Shown in pieces: positions 43,673 through 52,022 of a stretch of 57,785 nucleotides of DNA (position 1 is the first letter of the stretch; each line of letters begins with the position of its first letter). The notes below the pieces were generated by a model that did no database searches, was not told the origin of the DNA, and was given only the letters and a program-made list of their open reading frames with translations. The stretch spans positions 1 through 57,785 of IMG/VR virus record IMGVR_UViG_3300037339_000276; one strand, written 5' to 3'. The translations under genes and the position numbers were made by a program. The DNA comes from a virus. Its lineage: Duplodnaviria; Caudoviricetes.

Positions 43673-44101
43673 GTGGCTAATGCACTTCATGATACCGGCC
43701 GTGATGCCTTTCTTCGTGGCTCTATTAACTGGCTAACTTCTCCAATTAGGGCTCAGTTGGTTTCTATTTCAAACCAGCCAACAGCTTATGTATTCAATGC
43801 TTCTTTGGATACAGTATTCGCTTCAGTTCCAACTGGGGCTAGGGTCGGCTTCTCAGCTCCTAGTCTTGGTGGTAGAACTGCTACCTCTGGCATTGCTGAT
43901 GCATCAGACCAGGTCTTTACAGCAGTCTCTGGGCCTACAGTTGGTGCTATTCTTATCTTCGCTTCAACTGCTACCGCCAATGCTTCTGACTGGCAGCTTA
44001 TTGCTTACATCGACACTGCTACTGGCGAGCCTGTGGGACCAAACGGTGGAGATATCACTGCTCAGTGGGATAATGCCACCAACAAGATCTTCAAGCTATA
44101 A
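43673..44101 (+). CDS. Small virion structural protein
   Basis: MANALHD...LIAYIDT...PNGGDIT..W...IFKL pattern seen ahead of phage fibre genes. Confidence 0.6.
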   Translation: MANALHDTGRDAFLRGSINWLTSPIRAQLVSISNQPTAYVFNASLDTVFASVPTGARVGFSAPSLGGRTATSGIADASDQVFTAVSGPTVGAILIFASTATANASDWQLIAYIDTATGEPVGPNGGDITAQWDNATNKIFKL

Positions 44102-44110
44102 AGTAGTTTA

Positions 44111-44141
44111 GGGGGGAAGCCGTTTTTAGATGGCTTCCCCC
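44111..44141 (+). terminator. Stem-loop at the left edge of the GC-rich block
   Basis: ggggaagcc/ggcttcccc stem. Confidence 0.5.
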
Positions 44142-44161
44142 ACCATGATTGGAACTTCGTC

Positions 44162-44497
44162 ATGGCTTTCGTTGTATGGTACGAACTGATCGACCTTAAC
44201 GTCATCGGCGGGGCGGTCGATGCCAACCTCTCCGCTCTGTCGGTCGCTGACCGGAACCTCGCACGCAAGTACTGGCAGGGCGGCGCCAGCGGCTGGGCTA
44301 CTGCTCCCGTCGGCCACTGGTCCGGCGATGATCTGTGCTCACTGTGTCGTCAACTCGTCATCACCTTCGGGACGCTGGCCGAGTTCCGCGCCCTGCTCCA
44401 CCGGATCGCCGATGCGCTCGGCGGGGACGCCCTGTACCTCCACGCGCTCGCCGACGACATGGGCAACCCGTGGGGCGGGCAGGACCCGTTCCCATGA
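44162..44497 (+). CDS. Hypothetical protein (GC-rich)
   Basis: GC3-rich codons; directly upstream of the fibre gene. Confidence 0.6.
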   Translation: MAFVVWYELIDLNVIGGAVDANLSALSVADRNLARKYWQGGASGWATAPVGHWSGDDLCSLCRQLVITFGTLAEFRALLHRIADALGGDALYLHALADDMGNPWGGQDPFP

Positions 44498-44507
44498 GGG
44501 CTGACTG

Positions 44508-47500
44508 ATGACCGTCACGTTCGCCACCGGGTTCGAGGGTCAGGAAGAAACGGTCGATGAAATCGTCCTCTCGGCCGCCACGTACTCGACCGCGCAGGCC
44601 CGAACCGGCGCGGCGTCCGTCCGGTGCAATCCGATCTCCGGAGGCAACGCGATCTTCGTGGGGCTGCCCGTTTTGGGCTGGTTGCATTGGGGTATGCGCG
44701 TCGCCTCGCTGCCGAGCGTGTCACGGAGGATCACCCCGAGCGCCACTGGGGCGAACTATTGGCTCAACAGCGACGGGACCATCTCCGTCTACGACGGAGT
44801 CACGCTTCGTGGCACGTCAGCAACCGCGCTGTCCGTCAACGTTTGGTACTGGATAGGAATGAGGCTCAGCTCCGGAACGTCCGTTCCGTGTCTGCAAATC
44901 GACGGGACGACCGAGGTCACTGCCACGATAGCAGCCCCTGATGGCTCTACCTCCTCCTACGGCTTTCCTGGCATCGAAGCGTCGGCCGCCGACGCGTACT
45001 TCGATGACATTGTCTGCGACGGCGCCGGTTTCCTCGGCCCGTCGAAGGTGGACATCGCGCTCCCCATCAGCGACAACTACCGCGACGCCAACTGGACGGG
45101 CGGCGCGGGCGGCACGACGAACCTGTGGGACGCCATCAACAACACCCCGCCGGCTGGCCTCGCGTCGGCATCCGAGACGAATACGACCAACATCGAGGCC
45201 ATCGCCAGCTCGACAGGCACCTACATCGCCAACCTGGAGACGTACACGACGCTCGGGGTCAAGGCGGGCGACACGGTGCTCGCGGTCCGGCCGGTCGTCC
45301 GACACGGCGAGGACATCTCGACCGGCACCAAGACGATGCAGAACGTTGGGACGCTGACCAATCCGACGATCACGGGCGCTACCATGACGTTCGGCGACGA
45401 CCTCGGTGCGCACGGTGCCGAACCCGGCAACTGGGTCACGAACTTCGGGCCCTTTACGGCCAGCCCGTCCGTCACGCTCGGCACCAGTCCGACGATCAAG
45501 GCGGAGCGGGCCAGTCAGTCACGCGTCGGCTGCATCGACTTCATGGGGCTGGTGGTGGCGTGGACCCCGGCGCCAGCTAGAGTTATCCAGCCCTCAGCAA
45601 TCGCTTCGGCTGAAGCATTCGGGACAACTACATTAGTTCAAGCTGCTGGCGGTGGCAGTATCTCACCTAGTGGAATCACTTCTGCAGAAGCTGTTGGTAC
45701 TCATACACTAGTTCCTGGACCAGTTAATATAGTTCCATCGGGTATAGCTTCAACTGAAGCTTTTGGGGCTCTAGTACTTAAACCAGCTAACTTAATCATT
45801 CCATCTGCCATACCTTCTTTCGGGATTGTAGAAGCCCCAGTACTCTCTCACGGCCCCGTGGTTATGGTTACTTCTGCCATTGCCACAGGTGGGGCTGTAG
45901 GGACTCCATCGCTTCTTGCTGGCCCAGTAACTGTCATCGTGAATGCCATTGCTTCTGGTGAAGCAATTGGTACTCATATTCTTAGTTCTCTTAGAACTAT
46001 TTCACCACAAGCCATTAGTTCACCTGCTCTTGGTGAATATCCAAGCAGAGACACATTCACTGATAGTAACGGAACTACTCTACAACCTCACAAACCAGAT
46101 GAAGGCCCAATCTGGGACTCCGTCTTTAATGATCTCACTGACTATATAATCCAAGGCAACAAACTTAATCGTTCTGCAACTTCTTTCAATATCATAGTCA
46201 TTGAGACTCAAACAGCAGATACCGAAGTTACTGCCACTTTCTCCGTACTAGAGAACAGCTGTGGTATCTTTGCCAGGTTTAAGGATTCTGGCAATACCTG
46301 GGAACTGTTCTATGACTACGGAGTTGGCTGGCGACTTGATAAAGTTGTTGGGGCGGTTGACAACTTTATCGGCTCTGTTCTACCCGGATCAATTGGAACA
46401 GTTACTCTTCGAGTTGACGGTGATGTAATCACCGCAATTGGTCCAGATGGATCACAAGTCTCTACTGTTGATAGTTTCCAGAATGGCTTCCAGAAGACAG
46501 CTCTTAATCTGAGAGGTTTTTCTGGAGTTGCTTCAGTAGTAGATGATTGGTTAGTTAGATCTATTGTTAAGCCCACGCTCTTATCTGTAGCTACTATATT
46601 ACCATCTGGAATAACTTCAGCAGAAATCTTCGGTGATGCTACTCTCGTCTTGGGCGGTATAGCTGGTAGTTCTATATCTCCAACGGGAATTGCTTCAGAT
46701 GAAGTTATAGGTGCTCATACATTAGTTCCCGGCAATGTAAACATTCAACCAATAGGAATTGCTAGCTCTGAGGCTATTGGGTCAGCCACACTTCTGCATG
46801 GCAATGTAAACATTCAACCAATAGGAATTGCTAGTGCTGAAGCACTGGGCTCTGTTACATTAGTTTCAACAGCGAAAATAATTGCTACTGGGATATCTAC
46901 CTCTGAATCACTAGGTAATCATACCCTAGTTCATGGTAATGTTTTAATTGTACCAATAGGGATATCTACCTCTGAATCACTAGGTAATCATACCCTAGTT
47001 CATGGTAATGTTTTAATTGTACCAATAGGGATATCTACCTCTGAATCACTAGGTAATCATACCCTAGTTCATGGTAATGTTTTAATTGTACCAATAGGGA
47101 TATCTACCTCTGAAGCACTGGGCTCTGTTACATTAGTTCATGGTAATGTTTTAATTGTACCAATAGGGATATCTTCAAGCGAAGTAATTCCTACGCCAAC
47201 ACTATCTATTGGCACTTCACAGATATTACCAGCAGGAATACCATCACCTGAGGTATTAGGAACTACTACTCTTCTTGCCGGCAATGTAAACATACAGCCC
47301 GCCGGAATTACAAGTGGAGAAGCACTAGGATCAGTTGTTCTTCTAACTAGCAATGTAAACATTCAACCAGCAGGAATTGCTAGCTCTGAAGCTATAGGGG
47401 CTTTAACACTAGTTTCTATAGCTCAGATACTTCCAGTTGCTATTGGTAGTAGTGAAGCATTTGGCGCTCATACCTTAGTTCATGGCAACGTCTTCATTAT

Positions 47501-48557
47501 ACCGAATGGGATAGCTTCTGTTGAGGTTGTTCCAGCCCCGGCATTATTCACTGGCGCTGGTCAGATCCTAGTTAATGGAATACCAAGTGCTGAGGCATTT
47601 GGTTCCGCAGTATTACTTCACGGCAACGTAAACATCCAGCCCACAGGGATTATCTCTGCTGAAGCATTTGGCAGTGATGTCCTGGCTGCTACCGCTATTA
47701 TTCAGCCTGTGGCAGTTGGCAGTGCCGAGTCGTTCGGTGCACATACTATTAAAGCTGCTGCCACTCTGCTTCCAACCTCTATAGGAAGTGGAGAGGCATT
47801 AGGATTAGGTACTCTAGTTCATGGGACTGCTTTCATTCTCCCCACGGGGATTATCTCAGCTGAGTCCATAGGTTCTCACTCACTAGTTTCTATTGGTGGA
47901 ACTATAGCCGCCAGTGGAATTCCATCAGCTGAAGCATTTGGTAATACTGTTCTTAGAGCTGGTAATGTTAATATAATTCCAGCTGGAATTGTATCAGCTC
48001 AGGCACTTGGGGTTACTGTTCTAGCGGCAACTAATAAGATCATCCCCAACAGCATTCCATCTGCTGAAGCTTTCGGGTCCCAGACGGTTCTTCATGGCGG
48101 TGTCATTGTCAGTCCTACCGGTATAGTTACCGGAGAGGCCCTTGGTACCCCAGTAATCTCTTCGGGACAATCCCTGATAGCCCCAACTGGAATACCAAGT
48201 GGTGGAGCCTTTGGTTCCACATCCTTAATTCCTACTAGTAAGATAGCTTCAGCTGGTATATCTTCGGCTGAACTATTCGGGCTGCCAATCTTAGTAGCTA
48301 TACCTCCACTAACTATAAATCCGCCTAGTATAAGTTCAACTGAACTATTAGGATTACCGTTACTGATACCGGGAGTTACTTTCATCAACCCGGGTGGAGT
48401 TTCTAGTAATGAAGCATTTGGTAACACTCTCATCAAGGGGGCTAGAACTGGATGGCAATGGACACACCAATCATCACAATCTGTTACTAAGACCGGCGGT
48501 TGGCCAGAGCTCGCAGATGCCTTGACTGGTACTAAACGCAATGAGGGTGATTCATGA
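44508..48557 (+). CDS. 1349-aa virion fibre: N-terminal lectin/LamG-like domains plus about 34 IxPxGIxSxEAxGxxxL repeats
   Basis: Repeats read directly from the translation; Ser/Thr/Gly/Ile rich; located between capsid and head-tail genes. Confidence 0.8.
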   Translation: MTVTFATGFEGQEETVDEIVLSAATYSTAQARTGAASVRCNPISGGNAIFVGLPVLGWLHWGMRVASLPSVSRRITPSATGANYWLNSDGTISVYDGVTLRGTSATALSVNVWYWIGMRLSSGTSVPCLQIDGTTEVTATIAAPDGSTSSYGFPGIEASAADAYFDDIVCDGAGFLGPSKVDIALPISDNYRDANWTGGAGGTTNLWDAINNTPPAGLASASETNTTNIEAIASSTGTYIANLETYTTLGVKAGDTVLAVRPVVRHGEDISTGTKTMQNVGTLTNPTITGATMTFGDDLGAHGAEPGNWVTNFGPFTASPSVTLGTSPTIKAERASQSRVGCIDFMGLVVAWTPAPARVIQPSAIASAEAFGTTTLVQAAGGGSISPSGITSAEAVGTHTLVPGPVNIVPSGIASTEAFGALVLKPANLIIPSAIPSFGIVEAPVLSHGPVVMVTSAIATGGAVGTPSLLAGPVTVIVNAIASGEAIGTHILSSLRTISPQAISSPALGEYPSRDTFTDSNGTTLQPHKPDEGPIWDSVFNDLTDYIIQGNKLNRSATSFNIIVIETQTADTEVTATFSVLENSCGIFARFKDSGNTWELFYDYGVGWRLDKVVGAVDNFIGSVLPGSIGTVTLRVDGDVITAIGPDGSQVSTVDSFQNGFQKTALNLRGFSGVASVVDDWLVRSIVKPTLLSVATILPSGITSAEIFGDATLVLGGIAGSSISPTGIASDEVIGAHTLVPGNVNIQPIGIASSEAIGSATLLHGNVNIQPIGIASAEALGSVTLVSTAKIIATGISTSESLGNHTLVHGNVLIVPIGISTSESLGNHTLVHGNVLIVPIGISTSESLGNHTLVHGNVLIVPIGISTSEALGSVTLVHGNVLIVPIGISSSEVIPTPTLSIGTSQILPAGIPSPEVLGTTTLLAGNVNIQPAGITSGEALGSVVLLTSNVNIQPAGIASSEAIGALTLVSIAQILPVAIGSSEAFGAHTLVHGNVFIIPNGIASVEVVPAPALFTGAGQILVNGIPSAEAFGSAVLLHGNVNIQPTGIISAEAFGSDVLAATAIIQPVAVGSAESFGAHTIKAAATLLPTSIGSGEALGLGTLVHGTAFILPTGIISAESIGSHSLVSIGGTIAASGIPSAEAFGNTVLRAGNVNIIPAGIVSAQALGVTVLAATNKIIPNSIPSAEAFGSQTVLHGGVIVSPTGIVTGEALGTPVISSGQSLIAPTGIPSGGAFGSTSLIPTSKIASAGISSAELFGLPILVAIPPLTINPPSISSTELLGLPLLIPGVTFINPGGVSSNEAFGNTLIKGARTGWQWTHQSSQSVTKTGGWPELADALTGTKRNEGDS
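46890..47174 (+). repeat. 69-bp tandem repeat (3 exact copies, 1 chimeric) in the fibre gene
   Basis: Units start at 46890, 46959, 47028, 47097; encode GISTSESLGNHTLVHGNVLIVPI. Confidence 0.95.
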
Positions 48558-49138
48558 CAAACATAGAAGCAGTACGGCTCAAGACATCAGATAAAAGCGT
48601 TATCACCCGAGAGAAGGGTGTAGGTAATGGTGTAGATAAGTACTTCAAGATGAAGTCTAGTAATCTACTAGCTTCCCCGCCCATTGAAGTTAGATCTAAT
48701 AGCGTTCTACTAACTGTAGGTGCCGATTACACTGTAGATATCATCAATGGAATAGTAACATTCCTAGTTACTCCGGTAGATGGAGCACAATTAGAGTTTA
48801 CCTACTACTGGAGCGTCTTTAGTGATGATGAAATCCAGTTCTTCCTTGATGAAGATGGCGGGAACACAACTGTCGCGGCGGCGCATGTTCTCCTTGCATG
48901 GGCAGCTGATGCAGCAAAGCTGGCGAAACGACAAACTCTCTCTGGAGGTGGCGGGCTCGGACAAACCGTCATTGATACTTCAGTCATCGCTAAAGAACTC
49001 AGAGCTACAGCCAAAGCTTTAATTGATACTGAGCAATCTCTTGGAGAAAGTATCCCGGCCGAGGGGCTCACTGAGATTCCATGGACTGAACAGATGTACA
49101 AGCGTCAAGTTGAACAGAATACTGTCAGGAATAGCTAA
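48554..49138 (+). CDS. Putative head-tail adaptor
   Basis: GADYTVD..NGIVTF, FSDDEIQFFL, AAAHVLLAWA; position in the operon. Confidence 0.6.
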   Translation: MTNIEAVRLKTSDKSVITREKGVGNGVDKYFKMKSSNLLASPPIEVRSNSVLLTVGADYTVDIINGIVTFLVTPVDGAQLEFTYYWSVFSDDEIQFFLDEDGGNTTVAAAHVLLAWAADAAKLAKRQTLSGGGGLGQTVIDTSVIAKELRATAKALIDTEQSLGESIPAEGLTEIPWTEQMYKRQVEQNTVRNS

Positions 49139-49671
49139 TGTTCCATGAACAGATAGCTAAACTAACAGCAGATCACTTAAGAACTCATATCAAAGTTTAT
49201 TTAGATTCTATCTCAGCTGAGTATTCTGGGACAGATAAGGTAACTCTGACAGTTCCTAAATCCATAGACCCAGCTTCTGTGGTAGGCGGTCTGATGACAG
49301 AGTTTGACCAAACCTTACCGCAGTACGGTATAGATGTTTTGAACAAAGCTCTGGGTGAAGACATAGAGGGGTTGTTTACTTATAACTACTTCGGTCAGAT
49401 AAATGGTTTAGTAAGTTCTACTAGCAGAGACTCAGTTGACAAGCTCTGTTCACGGCATGCTCGGGCCTGTGAAACTTTTATTAGAGAACACCAGCTCATG
49501 CATGAGCAATCAAATGCTAATTTCAGTGTTCTTGCTTTTGCTTTCGTAGGCATAGATTTCTCAGGCGCTGAGAATCTTGGTTCCATAGATGATAGAGAAG
49601 TATGGGTAGCTGGATTTAGCATAAACGTAGTTTGGGCTACCAGTGAGGATGGAGCCTTCCAGCATGGCTGA
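49138..49671 (+). CDS. Putative tail completion/terminator protein
   Basis: Size and position. Confidence 0.5.
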   Translation: MFHEQIAKLTADHLRTHIKVYLDSISAEYSGTDKVTLTVPKSIDPASVVGGLMTEFDQTLPQYGIDVLNKALGEDIEGLFTYNYFGQINGLVSSTSRDSVDKLCSRHARACETFIREHQLMHEQSNANFSVLAFAFVGIDFSGAENLGSIDDREVWVAGFSINVVWATSEDGAFQHG

Positions 49672-50668
49672 TAGGCGTGGCGGTACAACATCAGTAGGCC
49701 GTGGAGCTGGTGGTAGGTTTATTAAAATTACTACTTTCCCAGATAAGTTAGGTCCTGGTAGAGGCAGCAAGAACCAGGGCGGTTACTTAATCACTAATAC
49801 TGCTCGTCTTCCGTCAGAATTAGTAGAGGGTGTTCACCAGAGATTTGTTGGGTCACTGCTTTCAGACCCAGACGAACGAGCTGCAGCCATCCAAAATAGA
49901 CTTCGTATGGAAGTTGAACTGGCTTACAATAGAGCCGCCACTGGCAGAGTTTCACGTGGTATCTTTGCTAAAGCTACTAAGATGGGAACAAAGGACGGAA
50001 AGAGTGTAGAGACGGTAGTTAGAGTTACTATGATTAATTACCGTGAAACTAGATTCCTTACAAATCTCGATGGTATGGGTTACTTCAAACATTATCCAGT
50101 TGAAAAATATACTATCTTTGCTAAATCAGATTTAAGGTTCCGTGGAGCAACTGATCAAACCCGTAAAGTAGGTAGAAGTGGAATTAAAAGTCTTCTCCGT
50201 AGGAGTGGAGTTGGGAGATTAAAGGTCCCAAGATCTACTGCATTCTTCACTGCAGCTAGACAACCAGGTAGAGGCGGAGGTGAGAGCAGGATCATAAATG
50301 ATATACTTGGCCCGGCCAGCCCAGGAGACCTCAAATCAGCATTTTTCTTTTACCCACTGTGGGTACAACATCCTGGGTTCCATGAGGATGTAATCAGTGA
50401 AGTGGCTTTAGATGAAGGGGCTAGATTTCAAACAGAAGTAGCTGAAGTGGCTACTGAGTCTTGGTCAGAACTTAGAGGCGGTAGAGAAACTTTACAGCCT
50501 ATAATGAAGACACCGGGTGAACAAGTTGCTTCTAGCATTATCCCATTGCCAGGAACAGCTGTGAAAATGGCAGCAGAAAGTTCTTTCATTGGTTATGCTA
50601 GAGGAGTAATGCGTAGACAAGAACAAGCTAATTACACCTTAGATGAAACTGGTCGTAGAATCAGGTAG
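49664..50668 (+). CDS. Hypothetical basic neck/tail-completion protein
   Basis: From MADRRGG in track ORF 49643-50668; VQHPG motif. Confidence 0.55.
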   Translation: MADRRGGTTSVGRGAGGRFIKITTFPDKLGPGRGSKNQGGYLITNTARLPSELVEGVHQRFVGSLLSDPDERAAAIQNRLRMEVELAYNRAATGRVSRGIFAKATKMGTKDGKSVETVVRVTMINYRETRFLTNLDGMGYFKHYPVEKYTIFAKSDLRFRGATDQTRKVGRSGIKSLLRRSGVGRLKVPRSTAFFTAARQPGRGGGESRIINDILGPASPGDLKSAFFFYPLWVQHPGFHEDVISEVALDEGARFQTEVAEVATESWSELRGGRETLQPIMKTPGEQVASSIIPLPGTAVKMAAESSFIGYARGVMRRQEQANYTLDETGRRIR

Positions 50669-50677
50669 GAGAAGCAA

Positions 50678-51316
50678 GTGACTCAGAGGCAAATTCTAGA
50701 AAACAGCATTGACTTAATGAAGACACTTCGCGGACCAGCGAAGATCTTCAGAGCGGCCTCGGGAATTAACTTTCCCACTAATGTGGATGGAGTTATTAAC
50801 GCCAGTACTGGAGCTCCGGGCGTTAGTTGGATACCGTTCGGGCTGACTCGTGGTGGAGTCAATGTAGTTAAGAATTTGGATATCGCAGTCCGAGATGATG
50901 TTGATCAGATTCTTGGAGCATATGATCAGGATATCACTGATAGGTCTTACACAATCACTACTCAGCTTGCTGAGATTCTCCAGGATAATATGACTCAGAT
51001 AGCTGCCTTGGCTGATCTTGGTGTTGCCACTGTTGTAGTAGCAACTGCTGGCCAGCCAACTCAGATAATGCGTTATCTTGATGATAGTGATAATAAGACT
51101 GAAGAGGGTCGTTGGGCAGTCGTCTTCCCGAAGGCTACCAATGGTAAGGTTTTCGCTTTCGTCTTCCGACGCGGTGCCATTTCAGGTGGAGAGAAGACCT
51201 TCCGCTTTGATAAGAGCGACTCTGCTAGCCCTGGGCTTGAAGTCCGGATGTTCCCAGAAATTGCTACCGCCATCGACCCGCAGGATGCGTATGGTCGAAT
51301 CTTTGAGGTTGTGTAA
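50678..51316 (+). CDS. Major tail (tube) protein
   Basis: W.PFGLTRGGV, DVDQILG, ITTQLAE; precedes the chaperone and tape measure genes. Confidence 0.75.
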   Translation: MTQRQILENSIDLMKTLRGPAKIFRAASGINFPTNVDGVINASTGAPGVSWIPFGLTRGGVNVVKNLDIAVRDDVDQILGAYDQDITDRSYTITTQLAEILQDNMTQIAALADLGVATVVVATAGQPTQIMRYLDDSDNKTEEGRWAVVFPKATNGKVFAFVFRRGAISGGEKTFRFDKSDSASPGLEVRMFPEIATAIDPQDAYGRIFEVV

Positions 51317-51321
51317 TAGCT

Positions 51322-51825
51322 ATGAACGAGAGGCGGCAAGCATCTCGTCGCGAGCCCATCGAAGTTGAGTTACAAGATGGCAGAGTCTTCACGGCTAAGC
51401 CTCTACCTTGGATGGATGCTAACGACCTTGGAAATATAATCTTGCAAGAACAGGCTGCATCAGCTAATGAAGCTGTTAGGCTTTACATGGAGGATAACTT
51501 ACCACAGCTGGAAGTAACTCTTCAGTTAAAGGTAAAGGATTGGCAGCCTGTTCTTGACAAGGCATATCCAGAAGTTACTCATGAAGAGTGGAATACTCCA
51601 GCGGCACCATCACGTGATGAGTGCGCAGATTTAGTAATAGCTTCACTAGAAGTTAATCATCTTGATCATCTGAAATCGCTCGTCGACCCAAACTTCCAGA
51701 CCCCGACGATGCCTGGTGGAAGCGACACTTCGGAACCGGCGGGGATAACGACGATTGGTCAGAAGACAACATCTACGTTAGACTCCTCAGGTCAGGAATC
51801 ACTAGAGACACCGCCATCTCCATGA
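51322..51825 (+). CDS. Tail assembly chaperone (gpG-like)
   Basis: Between tail tube and tape measure genes; contains a slippery heptamer. Confidence 0.75.
   Translation: MNERRQASRREPIEVELQDGRVFTAKPLPWMDANDLGNIILQEQAASANEAVRLYMEDNLPQLEVTLQLKVKDWQPVLDKAYPEVTHEEWNTPAAPSRDECADLVIASLEVNHLDHLKSLVDPNFQTPTMPGGSDTSEPAGITTIGQKTTSTLDSSGQESLETPPSP
51687..51693 (+). other. Programmed -1 frameshift site C CCA AAC
   Basis: XXXYYYZ in the correct phase; the -1 frame is open from here to the stop at 52022. Confidence 0.75.
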
Positions 51826-52022
51826 CTCGTGGAGAAGTTTTACGGTTGATGGAACAGTACATAGATGATAAATGGGATCAGAGGAATTGGGAGTTAGCTC
51901 TAGCCACAGATAAGCCGGTGGAAAATTACCACAAGTCTGTGGAAGAAAGAAACCAGGCTATGAATGCGGTGAATATAGATGAACTCACCAAGGAACAACA
52001 GGATTGGCTTAGGTCCATATGA
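51693..52022 (+). CDS. Frameshift extension of the tail chaperone (gpGT-like)
   Basis: LPDPDDAWWKRHFG...AISMTRGEVLR joins track ORF 51822-52022. Confidence 0.7.
   Translation, partial: LPDPDDAWWKRHFGTGGDNDDWSEDNIYVRLLRSGITRDTAISMTRGEVLRLMEQYIDDKWDQRNWELALATDKPVENYHKSVEERNQAMNAVNIDELTKEQQDWLRSI

Noticed and set aside
44220-45636. Many overlapping ORFs in the GC-rich fibre block
   Set aside because: Stop-poor alternative frames of a GC3-rich gene
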